Positions 8,655 through 21,270 of a stretch of DNA of 64,000 nt are shown piece by piece. The notes below the pieces were generated by a model, which saw only the letters and a list, made by a program, of their open reading frames with translations, searched no databases and had not been told where the DNA came from. This stretch comes from Paragordius varius (lineage: Eukaryota; Animalia; Nematomorpha), in contig OZ176052.1 of NCBI GenBank assembly GCA_964247055.1, positions 12,338,001-12,402,000 on the forward strand, read 5' to 3'. A program made the translations under genes and the position numbers. Position 1 is the first letter of the stretch. Every line of letters begins with the position of its first letter.

Positions 8655-11600
8655 ATGTATTGTGGTTTCTTAATGCTTATATCGTTGGATGGATTTATGT
8701 GGAATTATTTAGAAAAGCATGGATTACACAACTTTCCAAATTTTATCAAAATAATTGAGACAGGAACTCTAGCTAAGCATGTAAAAAATCAGTTTTTGAC
8801 AAAGACATTCCCCAATCATTATACAATCGTTTCGGGTACATACGAAGAATATCACGGACTTGTTAATAATGAAATATTTGATGGGCGATATAATATGACA
8901 TTTAATCCAGGTGATACGAGTTATGTTTGGTGGGAAGATGCGCCTGAACCGATATGGTTAACGAATCAACAAACGAACAAACACTGTTTAAATAAAAGTG
9001 GTGCTTATATGTGGCCAGGTTCAAACGTAAAGATAAAAAATCAAATGCCTACTTACTACACAAATTTTACCAAAAAATATCCTCTTTCTGAAAAATTCAA
9101 AGATGCAATCCAAGCCATAAGTAACAATCTAATTAACTTTGCCGTAATATATCATCATCAACCAGATGAATCAGGCCACCTTTATGGACCATATTCCCAA
9201 AATGTCGCCGATCAAATCAAAAAGATTGATAATGATTTGGGATATTTGTTAGGGCTTGTGGCCGATCACGGTTTAACCAACATTTTAAACATTATTATAA
9301 CAAGTGATCATGGTATGACTCAAATGAATTCCGGTAAAAAAATTATATTATCGAAACACTTTGATGTTTCTAATGAAGAGGTCGTTTTTAGTGGTTCATC
9401 CCCAACATGGAACATTTTTTCAAATAATAGTAAATACTCAATTATATTTGTGAAACAATTTTTTTTAATTTATTCAAACGTCGAAATTCATTATAAATAT
9501 TATCATTGTTTACATAATAATATTCAGTCATTTCTCATAAAGGTTCCAAAATTAAATTTTAATTATATAAATGATCCCAATTAGGCCAATTACTGAATCA
9601 AATCAAAAGCGTTTTTGGTGCCAAATTATTTGAAGGCAAGCTTAAAATATACACCAAAAGCGAAATTCCAGATCGATGGCATTATAAAAATAACAGAAGG
9701 ATTGGGGACTTACTCCTTGTAGGCGAACCCGATTGGACTATCTCAATGTACCCTGATAGTTATGATTTGGCATTCAATGGTATATGTAACATTATTTCAT
9801 TATAATTTCGACACAAATTTTTTTGCCCATTTTTTTACCTAATTATCATCTTTTTTTAATCTTTTTTTTTAGAAGATTTACTTCATAGATTTCAAATTAC
9901 CGAAGATGAAATTTTGACAATAATTGATACATATGGCTTTTAAAAAATCATAAACAATAATGAAAAATATTTTTCATTAGCTAAACTCTCGAAAAAAAAG
10001 TCAAACAGTTGTTGCATTCTTTTATAAATATTCATTTATTTGCAGTGGTTTCTAGTGGTGACATGAATCAAAAATTGAATATTTTTTAGGTAACCATGGT
10101 TACGATAATGAATTGCCTGACAGTTGGCCAATATTTTTAGCGACTGGACCAGCTTTTCGCAAAGGTTTTGTTTCAGAACCAATCAATAACATTGATATTT
10201 ATGAACTCATGTGTGCCATATTGAATGTTATACCTGCCCCTAATAATGGCTCAATCGAAAACATTAAGCATTTACTCACACAAGTAAATTTTTTATGGAA
10301 TTTTACATAGCTAAATTGTTGGATACTGAATCATTATCCCCAATATGAACTCTTTTAAGAAAAATATAAATATTTTTGTTTGTTTATTCATTTTTATTGA
10401 ATAATTACAAAAAACTATTTAACTAAATCTTAAAAAAGATTAATTACATTATCGTATTTGACTCATTATCAGACCTATGTAAAGAGAAGGTAAACGCAAT
10501 TTCCAATAGTTCTTTTAAAACAGGATCCTTACAGCTTATAGTGTATTAAGATCAACATTAACCAATTGGTTAATATGTCTGATAGAGTTTTAAACATTGG
10601 CGCTAGCTATTAGTTTATAAATTAAGTATTTGAATGCGTAATTTATTGTTAATATTATATAATCTCATAAAAACCTTATATATTGACTTTATTTATCTAT
10701 ATACCTCTTTTATTCATAACTAAAATGTTTCTTTATTAATGACCAAGGTTAGGTTAAATATATTATTTATTTATATTTATTTTATTTTTTACCGTATCTA
10801 ATTGTTATGTTTAGAAACTAATTATAAAAATACGCTAAAAAAATATTTACCTTGCTGCTAAAATTAAATATATAGACCCAGGTATAGTTAAATTGACTAA
10901 CATTTAATTCCTTTACATTTTTGAAATAACCAGAATATTACGAATCGGTGATGAAAATACAAAACAATAATAATTTATTAAGGATTTCGTGATATTTATA
11001 CTTTTTTATTAATGACAATTTTAACATGCATGTGCGTCACAATTGTAAGAATATGTCTTTTACTCTACGAATTTCACGAATAATGAGACGCACGCACATA
11101 AACGCCAGATGCGATTAATATAATAATATGATGTAAGATAAAAATACAATGATGCAATGTTGTAATATCAACTACATATCATTCTCTTCATCCTCTAAAA
11201 AACGCTTAGGAGGTTTGCGGACTCGATCTGGATAACGCCTGGGGGCCTCACTCTGCTCACCATTCGACCTCAGTTAATCGGCATGTTTCCGCATCTCTTT
11301 TCCATCTTCATCCTTTACTTCGTAGGATAACGGCCCCGTCCTTACTTCCACCGTACCCGGTCGCCATCCTCTTGATGTCTCGTTCTTTATAAATATTGAC
11401 TGATCCGGTGTAAATTCTCTTAAGGGTCTCGGTGGTGTACTTTCTTTAGGCGTTTCTTTATCTTGCAACCAATTCAACGGTGTGTTGATGTTTCTCTTCA
11501 AAAACAACGATGCGGGAGTCGTCTTAATCTCGTTATGCCATGAATTACGATAGGCCAATAAAACATTATTTAAAGCCTCCTGACTCTTCACGCCAGGCAT

Positions 11601-12425
11601 CATCGTGGAACGGAATCTCGACTTCAACGTATAAATTACTCTTTCTACCAAACCATTTGTCCTTGGGTGGTAGGGAGCCGATGTCACATGCTTAATGTTC
11701 CAGTTTGTCATCTTATCCCAATTGAACGATTTGAACAAGTAGCATTATCAGATACTAGCATTCTTGGAAAACCATAAGAGGAAAACCATTTCTCCAATTG
11801 TTTCATAATCACATCAGATGTAATACTGCTAAGTATCTCCACCTCCACCCATCTTGAGAACGCGTCAATTAAAACCAACCAATATTTACCACACATGGGA
11901 CCCGCGATGTCCACATGAAGTCTTTCCCATATTCCCACATTGAAGTTCCATTTATATACCGGATTCTCAGCAACGTTCGCCCTGTTCTGAGATGCGGAAA
12001 CATGCGGCGATCAACTGAGGTCGGATGGTGAGCAGAGTGAGGCCCCCAGGCGTTATCCAGATCGAGTCCACAAACCTCCTAAGCGTTTTTTAGAGGATGA
12101 AGAGAATGATATGTAGTTGATATTACAACATTGCATCATTGTATTTTTACATCATATTATTATATTAATCGCATCTGGCGTTTATGTTCGTGCGTCACAA
12201 TGAATATGTCTTTTACTCCACAAATTCTTAATTATATGTTATTACAAATTATTATTGCTCTATATTTAGGACATACCGATTTTATCCCATACTAGTCTTA
12301 AATCCGATTCATCGGTAGTCAAATTGCCTGAAAGTGATAATCTAAAATCCAGAAACCATGCACTTGGAATGAAACACTACTTATGGATAATGGGTGCTTT
12401 ATTAATTTTGTGCATTTATATTTAA
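8655..12425 (+). CDS. Ectonucleotide pyrophosphatase/phosphodiesterase (ENPP4/5/6-like), paralog A; exons 8655-9429, 9585-9779, 10090-10283, 12270-12425
   Basis: SLDGF, TKTFPNH (catalytic Thr), QPDESGH, SDHGM and GNHGYDN metal-binding motifs; GT-AG introns keep frame; last exon ends in hydrophobic YLWIMGALLILCIYI*. True N-terminus uncertain. Confidence 0.9.
11044..12196 (-). mobile_element. Second Gypsy remnant (integrase + PPT + 133-bp LTR) with an inverted duplication of its 3' end, in ENPP-A intron 3
   Basis: RLHVDIAGP...LVSDNA...APYHPRTNGLVER integrase (ORFs 11274-11938); LTR TGTAGT...CTTACA at 11044-11176; inverted arms 11087-11297 and 11989-12196. Confidence 0.85.
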
Positions 12426-15400
12426 GTGTCTTAAGGTTTCATTGACCGAATAATGCTTAATTTATTTTATCTTTATTTATCTATCTATATGTTGCTGTTT
12501 CACTTTATCACTGCTTTCTTTTACACTTAATAAATTGCATGCCTATATCTATTTCACCTCGCTTTGTCACATATACTATTTAGTTTTTTTTTGTTCAATT
12601 ATATTATAAACGGCTATATTATTGATTATATGGGTCTTGTAATCTGTTAATACAAAAATAATCTAACTTGTTCTTTATGATTTAAGTAAGATAAAAATAC
12701 GTCTACATTTATTTCTTATCAAATTATAAAACCCATACAGCCATTAATAAGGCAGTGTACTATATTAAATTTATTTAACTTTTAATAGATATGCTTTGCA
12801 CTGCCTATACACTACTGTCCGTTTCTTAAAATAATTATATATATACTTTATATGGATAAATAACAGAGGTAGGATAAAAAGATTGTTTGGCCTATCGATT
12901 GCAGATGAATATATGATATCTTTCTAATTAGCAGTCATTGACCTAGAATTTATATAGGATATACCACATGTCATAATGTAAAACCCATTTGTTTTTGGAA
13001 TCATCAGCTAAAAGAATTGTGTGATTGGTTATCAATGCACTCAGGCCGCTAAAAAATAATTTTTATAAAACTAAATCACATGGTATATGAATATAAACAA
13101 TAGTAATATAATTTAATATAATATTAAAAGAAAATTTTGTTAATAATCGTTAAACTTTTGAATGCTAAATGCAATTAGATTCGTTAATTTTGTTTTGAAA
13201 TTTGGGGTATTGATTAACCGGTCATCACCATAAATTACTCTATTTTTAACGGTCTGACTCATTATTTAAATATCTAAAAAGCCGACAGACACCAAATGAG
13301 CCCCTGACACGTAATAAATATAAATATCTTTTTTAAGCAATTTGGAGAAAACTCAGAGCTACAGGTTGTTTGGTTATTTTAGATCATAAATTAAATTTTA
13401 TATTGTTTAAGTCGTAATACGGGCCTATACATTTTATTTGCAAGATTTTATGATAAATTACGATGTTGTGCATGCGTGATACGTATTCACTTCAAAACTA
13501 TAATAAAAATTATAGTTAAATATTTATGAACAGCCTTTCCTTGTTTTTTATTAAATTTGCCCCCCCCCCACCCTCCCTTTTCTAATTTTAAACCCCATCA
13601 GTAACCTAACTTTATATTTCTGATATTTAAAAAAATTCAGTGGATTTGAATAAAATTATTGTTTAAATATTAAAATATATATAATGTATAAAAATATTTG
13701 TCATAGCGCGCAACCGTTTATTTATTTTTTTATATTTTTTAGTGATCCTTGTGACATTAACAATCCTCATTATCAGCTTTCTTAAAATTCAGCGATGTAA
13801 AAGTGCCACTCTTAAACTGTTTGATTTAGAAGCAAAGATTTCTAACTCATGGAAATATTCTAGATTGAATAATCTAGACAAATAATCACACAAAATATTA
13901 TTTGTATAAATGTAATAAATTATTATTTTTTATAGTCAATAAGCAGCTTTTTTTAATGGAAAGTGCAAAGTAATATTGCTTAATATGAAATTTTAAAACT
14001 TAATTCTTATTTTAAATTGGGAAGTAATGATTTGTTTTAAACCACAGTAATGTATATCTGTAGTTTAAAACAAATCATTACTAAAAAAATACAAAATTAA
14101 GGTCTAGAGGTAACAATTACGAATAAATTAATGCAAAATAAGGTAAAGCGTTTTCACATTATAATGTGTAATATTCTACTAATGGACTCTTTAAATAATT
14201 TTGATGTAAAATTCTTAGGAATATTTGTCTCAATTATATATAATAAAGTTTTGGTATTGTTTTAGGCATTAAAATGTAGTTAGCATATTAAATTAAAATA
14301 TCTTTTGCACTCCACAACGTTTTCATTTTTTGTAGCCGATTACATTTTGAGGTAATTTTGTACCCCAGGGCTTTGCATTGTAGAAAAACAAATGTCAAAG
14401 TTTTTTTATAATTAAATATTTAAACCATATTCTCTCCTGCATTAAAAAGCTTATATTTTTACAGTTCTTTAACTTCTAGAGTCCCTAATTTGGAATGCTT
14501 ATACGATTTGAAACGCTTACACCTAAGACTAAAGAAATCATATTTTAAATTTGGTCCAATTATTAAACTTTTTAAGATTTAAACAAACTCATAAGTATAA
14601 ATTACCTCTTCATCATCATTTGTGATGATTTGCGATTAAATGGCGGTACATCCGTTAATTTTTTTTTTCAATCTTTTCTTGATCTGGCTAAATCTAGATT
14701 TTTAGCAATTCGAGGTTTTTTGTCATTGTTTTGAGCCATTTGGTATAAGGTCCGGATTTAGTTGGTAGTTCTTTGAGTAAGTTTTTATAAGGATATGGTT
14801 TTACTGTCTCACATGTCCAGCCCGTTATAACCGGGGATTTCTGATTATGTTGTTGATGGGGTTGATATTGAGATATGGTACGGATTTATGGATTCGGTAT
14901 AATTGAATTTAAATGGATTGTGTGCGAATAATATTGTTTTCAGTAATTTGGATTCAGCGTTTATGAGTTTGGATTCGTTTATTTTTGACATCGGCCAGGA
15001 TTCGGATCCGTTGAGGACCGGACGAATGGCTGTTGTGTGAATGGCACACTTAGTTTGTAGTTTGACTAATTTATTGTTTATTATTATTTTTAATGAATGG
15101 TATTTTTTCCACATTTGTGATATGCGATGTTTAATTGAACGTTCTATTCCACCCCCGGCTGATATCATATCCCCCAAGTAAAAGAAAGTGCTTATTGTTT
15201 CTCTATTGAAAAGGTTGGAAATTGAGTTGATTTAAATTATTGATATTATTATTATTTAAACATCCCAAGTATTTGAAAAATTTTATCGTAGTCATTTAGA
15301 GTTTTGAGATTAGTACATTTTTTGTGTACCCATAAAGAACGAGAATTACAGCGACTGTGTTTTATTTAACTTCCTTTTTTCATATGTCGCACGGGTTTTT

Positions 15401-15552
15401 TGAGGTGTAATTATTGGACTATTATTTAGTTTTGGAGTATTAACTTTTAGTCCGTAACGTAGCGTGCCATTCCACAAACGAATTTTTATGAAATCGCTTT
15501 CGGTTTTCGATGTTATTACAATGTCGTTGGCATAAATTATTTGGTGTGGCAT

Positions 15553-18475
15553 TGTGTTGTTTGCTAAAGTCGATTCTGACTAACTGCAACATTGAAAATA
15601 AAGCTTCTCCATTCACTGCGATTTCCGGTTTTGGTGTTTAGTTCGGATAATGATTGTTTGGTTTCTTTGAGGATGCTATCCATCCAACGAGTTCGTCTTC
15701 TCCCTCTTCTTCGGGCACCACTCACTTTCCCCAGCATCAGTGATTTTTCAAGTGAGCTGATGTGCCCGAAGAAGGAGAGCTTTTGCCGTGTTAAGTTGCC
15801 TAGAAGTGACATTTCTGGGTTAATTTTATTTAGAATGGTGGTGTTTGAAACTTTGTCCGTCCATTTTATTTGAAGAAGTTTCCTCCAAACCCATAATTCG
15901 AAAGAGTTTATTAGACGTTCGTCATATTTTTTCAGTGTCCAGCTTTCCGCCCCATACATGAATGTGGGGAAAACTGTAGCTTTGATTAATCTGATTTTGG
16001 TTTGTAGTTTAATGTCATGTGACATCCAAATCCTGTTATATTTAAAAGTTACTGCTTTAGCAATAGCAATTCTTCACTTTATTTCAGGCGTAGAGTTGTT
16101 TACATTATTAATAATGCTACCTAAGTACGTGTAGCTGCTAACTGTTTCGATCTGGTTGCCGTTGAGGATTATTGGTTTGAGCCGGATTTATTTGCATGAC
16201 TTTTGTTTTTTTGAAATTGATATTTAATCCAAATTTATTGCACTCAGTTGTAAACACTTTCAAGGCTTGCGATAATGTGTCTACACTGTCTGCGAATAAG
16301 ACTGTATCATCCGCGTAGTGAACGGATGTAAGTAGGTTCCCACCTACTTTGATGCCGTAAGTTTGTGGGATATTTCTTATAATGCACTCCAGGTATGCGT
16401 TAAAAAGAATTGGTGATAAAACGCATCCTTGACGGAGGCCGACTTGTACCTTACATGAGTCAGATATACCGTGAGGTGTAGATATTACAGCCGTGGAATT
16501 TGAATAAATTGAAAATATGATGTTGATTAAATGTGTTGACACTCCGAGTTGTTTTAGAGCTTTCCGTAGTTTATTGTGCTGGATAGAATCAAATGCTTTG
16601 GAAAAATCGACAAAGCACAAATGCAATTCTTTGTTAAATTCGATGTGTTTCTCAATCCACCTCATGTTACATATCATATCTCGGCTACCTTTTCGAAAAC
16701 CAGCCTGAATCGTGGATATCTCGGGGTCAAGAATGGAATTTAGACGAAACTGTATTATTTTTAGGAAAACTTTGGACACCTGGTTTATGAGCGCTATGGT
16801 GCGATAGTTGTCGCACAGTTCTGGGTTACCCTTTTTTAAAATCGAAATCATAATGGATGTGCACCAATCCTCAGGAATTTTTTCCATCTCAAATATGGTT
16901 TGAAATAATTTGGTGAGTATATCGATTGGAATATATATTTTATTATTTCAGTAGGGATGTCTCTGTGGCCCTCTGATTTGCCGGTGCTAGAGTGTTTTAT
17001 CGCGAGTTCCACTTCTTCTTTCATAATAGGTGGTTCTTTTTGTTGAGTAAGTTCGTTAATAGTCTGGGGGTTATTTACGTTGTATAGTTTACTTATGTGT
17101 TTATGCCAGAGTTTGCGAATTTCGTCTTTTTCAGTGACGATTGAGTTGTTGTCGTTTCTCATAGGTCCCTTATAAAAAACTTTTTTGTGTGGAATATTAT
17201 TGTTTGCATGGGCAAAAAGGTTTTGGTTATTTTTGGCGTCTGTTTCTAATTATCATAGTTGGTCATAATACTTATTTGTGTCCTCTCTTGCACTCTTCTG
17301 AAATTCGTTGTTTAGTTGTTTGCATTCATCCCATTTGCATTTGATTTTGTATTCTCTACGTTTTTCTGCGATCTCGAAACTTTTGGTTGACAATTTTTTT
17401 TTGTGTTTTGCGTTTGAGAGGCCGAATGAATTCGTCAGCTGTGTCTCGGCAGATTGTATATATATCGTTCCAAAAGAAGTTTATATCCTGATAGTTTTCG
17501 GAATTATGATCAAGACAATCGAAACGATTTGATAAAGCGGTGCTAAACTTGTCGCGATTGTATCATAATATAATCTTGTTCTTGTGGGTTTGGATGTTTT
17601 AGGAAGTTGTAATTTAATGCGGAGTTTGGCGAACAATAGGTTGTGGTCGCTGTAGCAATCCGATCCTGGTAGGCATTTGACATTATGAAATGAACTTTTG
17701 TATTTTACCATACCTAATATGAAGTCAATTTGGTTACAACGCCATGTGTATAGTCTTTGGGCTTTTTAAAAAAGCTGTTTGCGACGAAGAAACGATGGTT
17801 AGCACAAAATTCAAATCTGTCTCCCTCTCGTTTTTTATGCCCAAGCCCATGCCGCCCGTCATAGGAGGTGTTTTGTCTATTCCGATGATTGAGTTGAAGT
17901 CGCCGAAGATAAATATGATATCCTTTTTTGAAATTTGGGAAATCGCCAAGTCGAGATCGCTATAAATTTTTTCACAGTCGTCATCGCTGTAAGAGGAGGT
18001 AGGTGCGTAAATTTGGAGGATAGTAATGGGTTGAGGGGTTGTTTGTATGCGGATTGCGATAATACGCACCGTTGTATTTTGACGAGTCGTGGCCGGAATA
18101 ATACAAAATATGATTGTCAAATTCTAAGGTTCCGGTAGAGGGAATGAGTGATACTGAAATTCCTAGTATGTCAATTTTATGCTTAGTCATTTCATTAACG
18201 ACAATATCTAGTTTGTGGTTTTTGTAGGCTCCGCGTAAGTTCCATGGGGCTATGCGGATGCTCAGATTACGTGATTTCAACATTAGCAGAATGTGCTTAG
18301 AATGGGAGAATGTGAATAGGAAATATGTTATGGATATGTAAGGAATAGAATCTAACTATTTCTAATATCCGGAGAAGGTATAAAATAAATGTTTTTGGTA
18401 AAAAAGATCGATAAGAATGGGTAGGTATACCATACCTTTCCCACTCGATTAAAAGCATGTGTTTACATGCGTGAA
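15553..18475 (-). mobile_element. RTE-clade LINE B (BovB-like, near full length, frameshifted) nested in the LINE A RT
   Basis: APE (WNLRG, QIYAPT, GDFN, SDH), RT (QAGFRKG, VDFSKAFDS, GLRQGCVLSP, YADD) and C-terminus TKIRLIKATVFPTFMYGAESWT...SLEKSLMLGKVSGARRRGR; ATG shared at both junctions. Confidence 0.9.
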
Positions 18476-20333
18476 CATGCCGGTTGCTATATCTTTAGTT
18501 ATTTCTTCCATAATGACATTGGAGAGGTTAGGGCTTAATGTGAATCCTTGGTGGAGTCCATTTTTTATTAAAAAACTTTTACTTAGTCCAAACGGAGTTG
18601 TAATTTGGGCTCTGGTATATCGGTATAAGAGCATTAAAGAGGTTATCAGCCATTCGTCAATGCCTTGAAAACGGAGAGCCCATGGTATAAGGTCTCTTGG
18701 AATGGCATCAAAGGCTCGTTCCATGTGTGTAGTATAAAGGAGCTTTTTAATTTGTGCGCTTTGAAGTTGTCTTAACGTGAATGTGACATCTATTGTACTT
18801 TTGTTTGGCTGGAACCCCCATTGCATATCGTTTAAATGCAATTTGGGCAGGAAGAGAATTACTTTTTCATACATTTTCATAGTATGATCTAGTAATTTTA
18901 TCGACCGGTAGGATTTGGGGAAGAGAGAATCTCCTTTTTTGTATATGGGTATGATATGGCTGATTTCCCAGTCAACTGACATTTCATCATAATGATGCAA
19001 GATATAAATTCACAATCTGAGGGTCAGTCAATTTGAGCATGTCAACGGTGAGCTCAGAAGGGCCAGGGAGTTTTTTATTTCGCATTTTTAAAGCGGTATT
19101 GATATGTAAATCTGTTAAAGCTTTTAGGCGTCGACATGGTAGAGATAGTTCTGGGTTGTTTAAGTTTAATATTTTTAAAAAGTAGTATATTGCATTGTTA
19201 ACTCTCACTGATTTTGGCGCAGATGTGTTATTATAATTTCATTTAACCCATTTATATACAGTTATCTTAGTTTTTATATCAATTTCTTTCGCATATTTTA
19301 GAGCTTTTTCAGACTTCCCTGATAATTTTTTGACATAAACTCTTGGATTCTAGATACAATTTTCTATTGAAAGGTGTCTTTTCCTTAAACCAAATTTTAG
19401 GTGCCAAATTTTTATGTTTTATATGCTTTTTCACTTAATTATTCCACCATTATTCATATTTTTTGGATGACCATTATTTGATTTTTTTTCTCCCCACAAC
19501 CCAAGTAATTAGTATTTTAAATTTTCCTAAATGGGTTTGAAATTAAAGATTTTTACAGTTTTCAGTTACGGAAAATTTAATTTGCCGTTTTTACGTGTCA
19601 TCTGTCAGTTTTTATAGTTTTAAGACCTTATGTCAGATCTTCTGATGATTCTGTCGTCTGAAGATTTTAGTTTAAGACATACTAAGGTTGTTTGTAACAT
19701 TTGTGGTTTAACTGCAGTTCGTATATTGCTTTAACATTGATGAAATGTTTTCTTTGATATTTCTTGGTCAGGTGTGGTTTCGCCTATGTGTATAAAAATG
19801 ATAATTCCGATTTTTTTTAAGAAGGTGTTTATTATTGTTAAATCCATATTTTGTAAAAAACCAATCAAACATGATCCGTTGTCATTTATATCATCAGTGC
19901 CATAACCTCCGTGGATATCAGTAATGTATTGCTTCCCAAAATGGGCTTTGAGGTCACCCATTTAAATTAAAAATTGATTATCAAGAATTGTAGAGGTTTT
20001 TCGTACAAGAGATCGTAAAAGCTGTTTTTATCTTGGTTAGATAATCCATTTTGTGGGGCATAAATGGAGAAAAGATTTATTTTATCATGAAGTGAAATTT
20101 TAATGTGGAGAATTCGGTCATTTATATTTTATAGAAGTTATATTATTATTGTAATCATTATGTATAAGGGATCCAACTCCAGATGTCTTATTAATATTGT
20201 TACCAGACCAATTTTGATGATAATTGAGAATCGATGTAGTGGCGTTGTTTTTCCAATGGCATTCCTGAAGAGCACATATTGGTATATTGGTCTTTTGTAA
20301 AGCTAAGATGATCTCATAGGTTTTTCCATTTAA

Positions 20334-20915
20334 CACTTGGATACAACACACTCATTTTAGTCCTTCGATTCAAATTGGGGTAGTTGGATACCCCAGGCCT
20401 GTTTGAAATCAAATACTTTAAAAAGTATGGAAGGAATCGAAACCATGGCAAAATTATGCACTTATATAACATTAATAAACCGAAATATATAAAAAAATTT
20501 ATTAAAAAATACTTGATACTACTTATTTTAGGCTAAAACCGAAAGGTAAAAATTTCGTCAACGTGACATGTGTCAAATGGTATAATTAAAAAATAATACA
20601 AAATAAACCGCTTTTTCTATTTCTATCAATGTTAGATATAATTTATATTAAAAATTAGCTTAAATTTTACCCTGAAAATAAAATGAAGACGATATTTTGC
20701 AAAAATTATGTAAAATAAAAATGGCGTCGAAGTAGTTTGAGATGGAACTTTTTTTTCAAAACAAAATTTTATCAAGATATTTTGGCATATTTATATAATT
20801 TTTATCAGGATAGAAGCATAAATTTAAATAGAGACCGTTTCCTTCAGTAGTTTTTTGAAAATATTAATTCAAATTTAATCTGGGGTATTTAGATACCCCA
20901 ATTTGAATCGAAGTG
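20334..20915 (+). mobile_element. piggyBac-like MITE copy E (intact) inside the LINE A endonuclease
   Basis: TTAA at 20330-20333 and 20916-20919; excision restores the in-frame NSL-NGK. Confidence 0.95.
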
Positions 20916-21159
20916 TTAAAGAGTTTACATTAAAGCTCCCAAATTTAAGCCTGGGTGAGTTGAATTTGTTATGATCAGTGTTGGAAATTGTGACATTTCT
21001 CAAAAGAAATAACAACTCTTATCATAAAAATGTACATAAAAAAAATTTGGGGGCGCACAAATATTTGCATTACAATACTTATAATTTAAATAACACTGCG
21101 GAGGCTATAAAAATATATATTTCGATAGGAATACACTTGTAGTAACTGCTCCATATCAG

Positions 21160-21270
21160 AAATGGCAAAATTTGCGCAGATTTTTTGAATAAAATTTTCT
21201 TGGTTAAAGCTGAAGGGACTCCAAAAAATATACCAAACTTCATCATAAAATATAAATAGCAAAACAATAT
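21160..21270 (+). repeat. Old dispersed repeat fragment (second copy ~53736-53850)
   Basis: Shared colinear motifs AAATGGC.AAATTT, TTAAAGCT.AA, TCCAAAAAATAT, AGCAAAACAATATT. Confidence 0.55.

Larger units (their letters stand above)
14606..21000 (-). mobile_element. RTE-clade LINE A (degenerate), interrupted by LINE B and by MITE E
   Basis: APE N-terminus LKFGSFNVNSL|NGKTYEII...ALQEC; GDLKAH (19731-19961); RT QWGFQPNKST...GLHQG (18449-19208) continuing as MPHQIIYANDIV at 15552; C-terminal region to ~14800; TGATGATGAAG-type tail at ~14606-14620. Confidence 0.85.

Noticed and set aside
10284-10310. A 27-nt micro-intron at the end of ENPP-A exon 3
   Set aside because: The distal exon at 12270 has a clear homolog in paralog B and explains the donor better.
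11087-12196. DIRS-type element suggested by the inverted terminal repeats
   Set aside because: The enclosed ORF is a DDE integrase and the arms include coding sequence and PPT, so this is a rearranged Gypsy.
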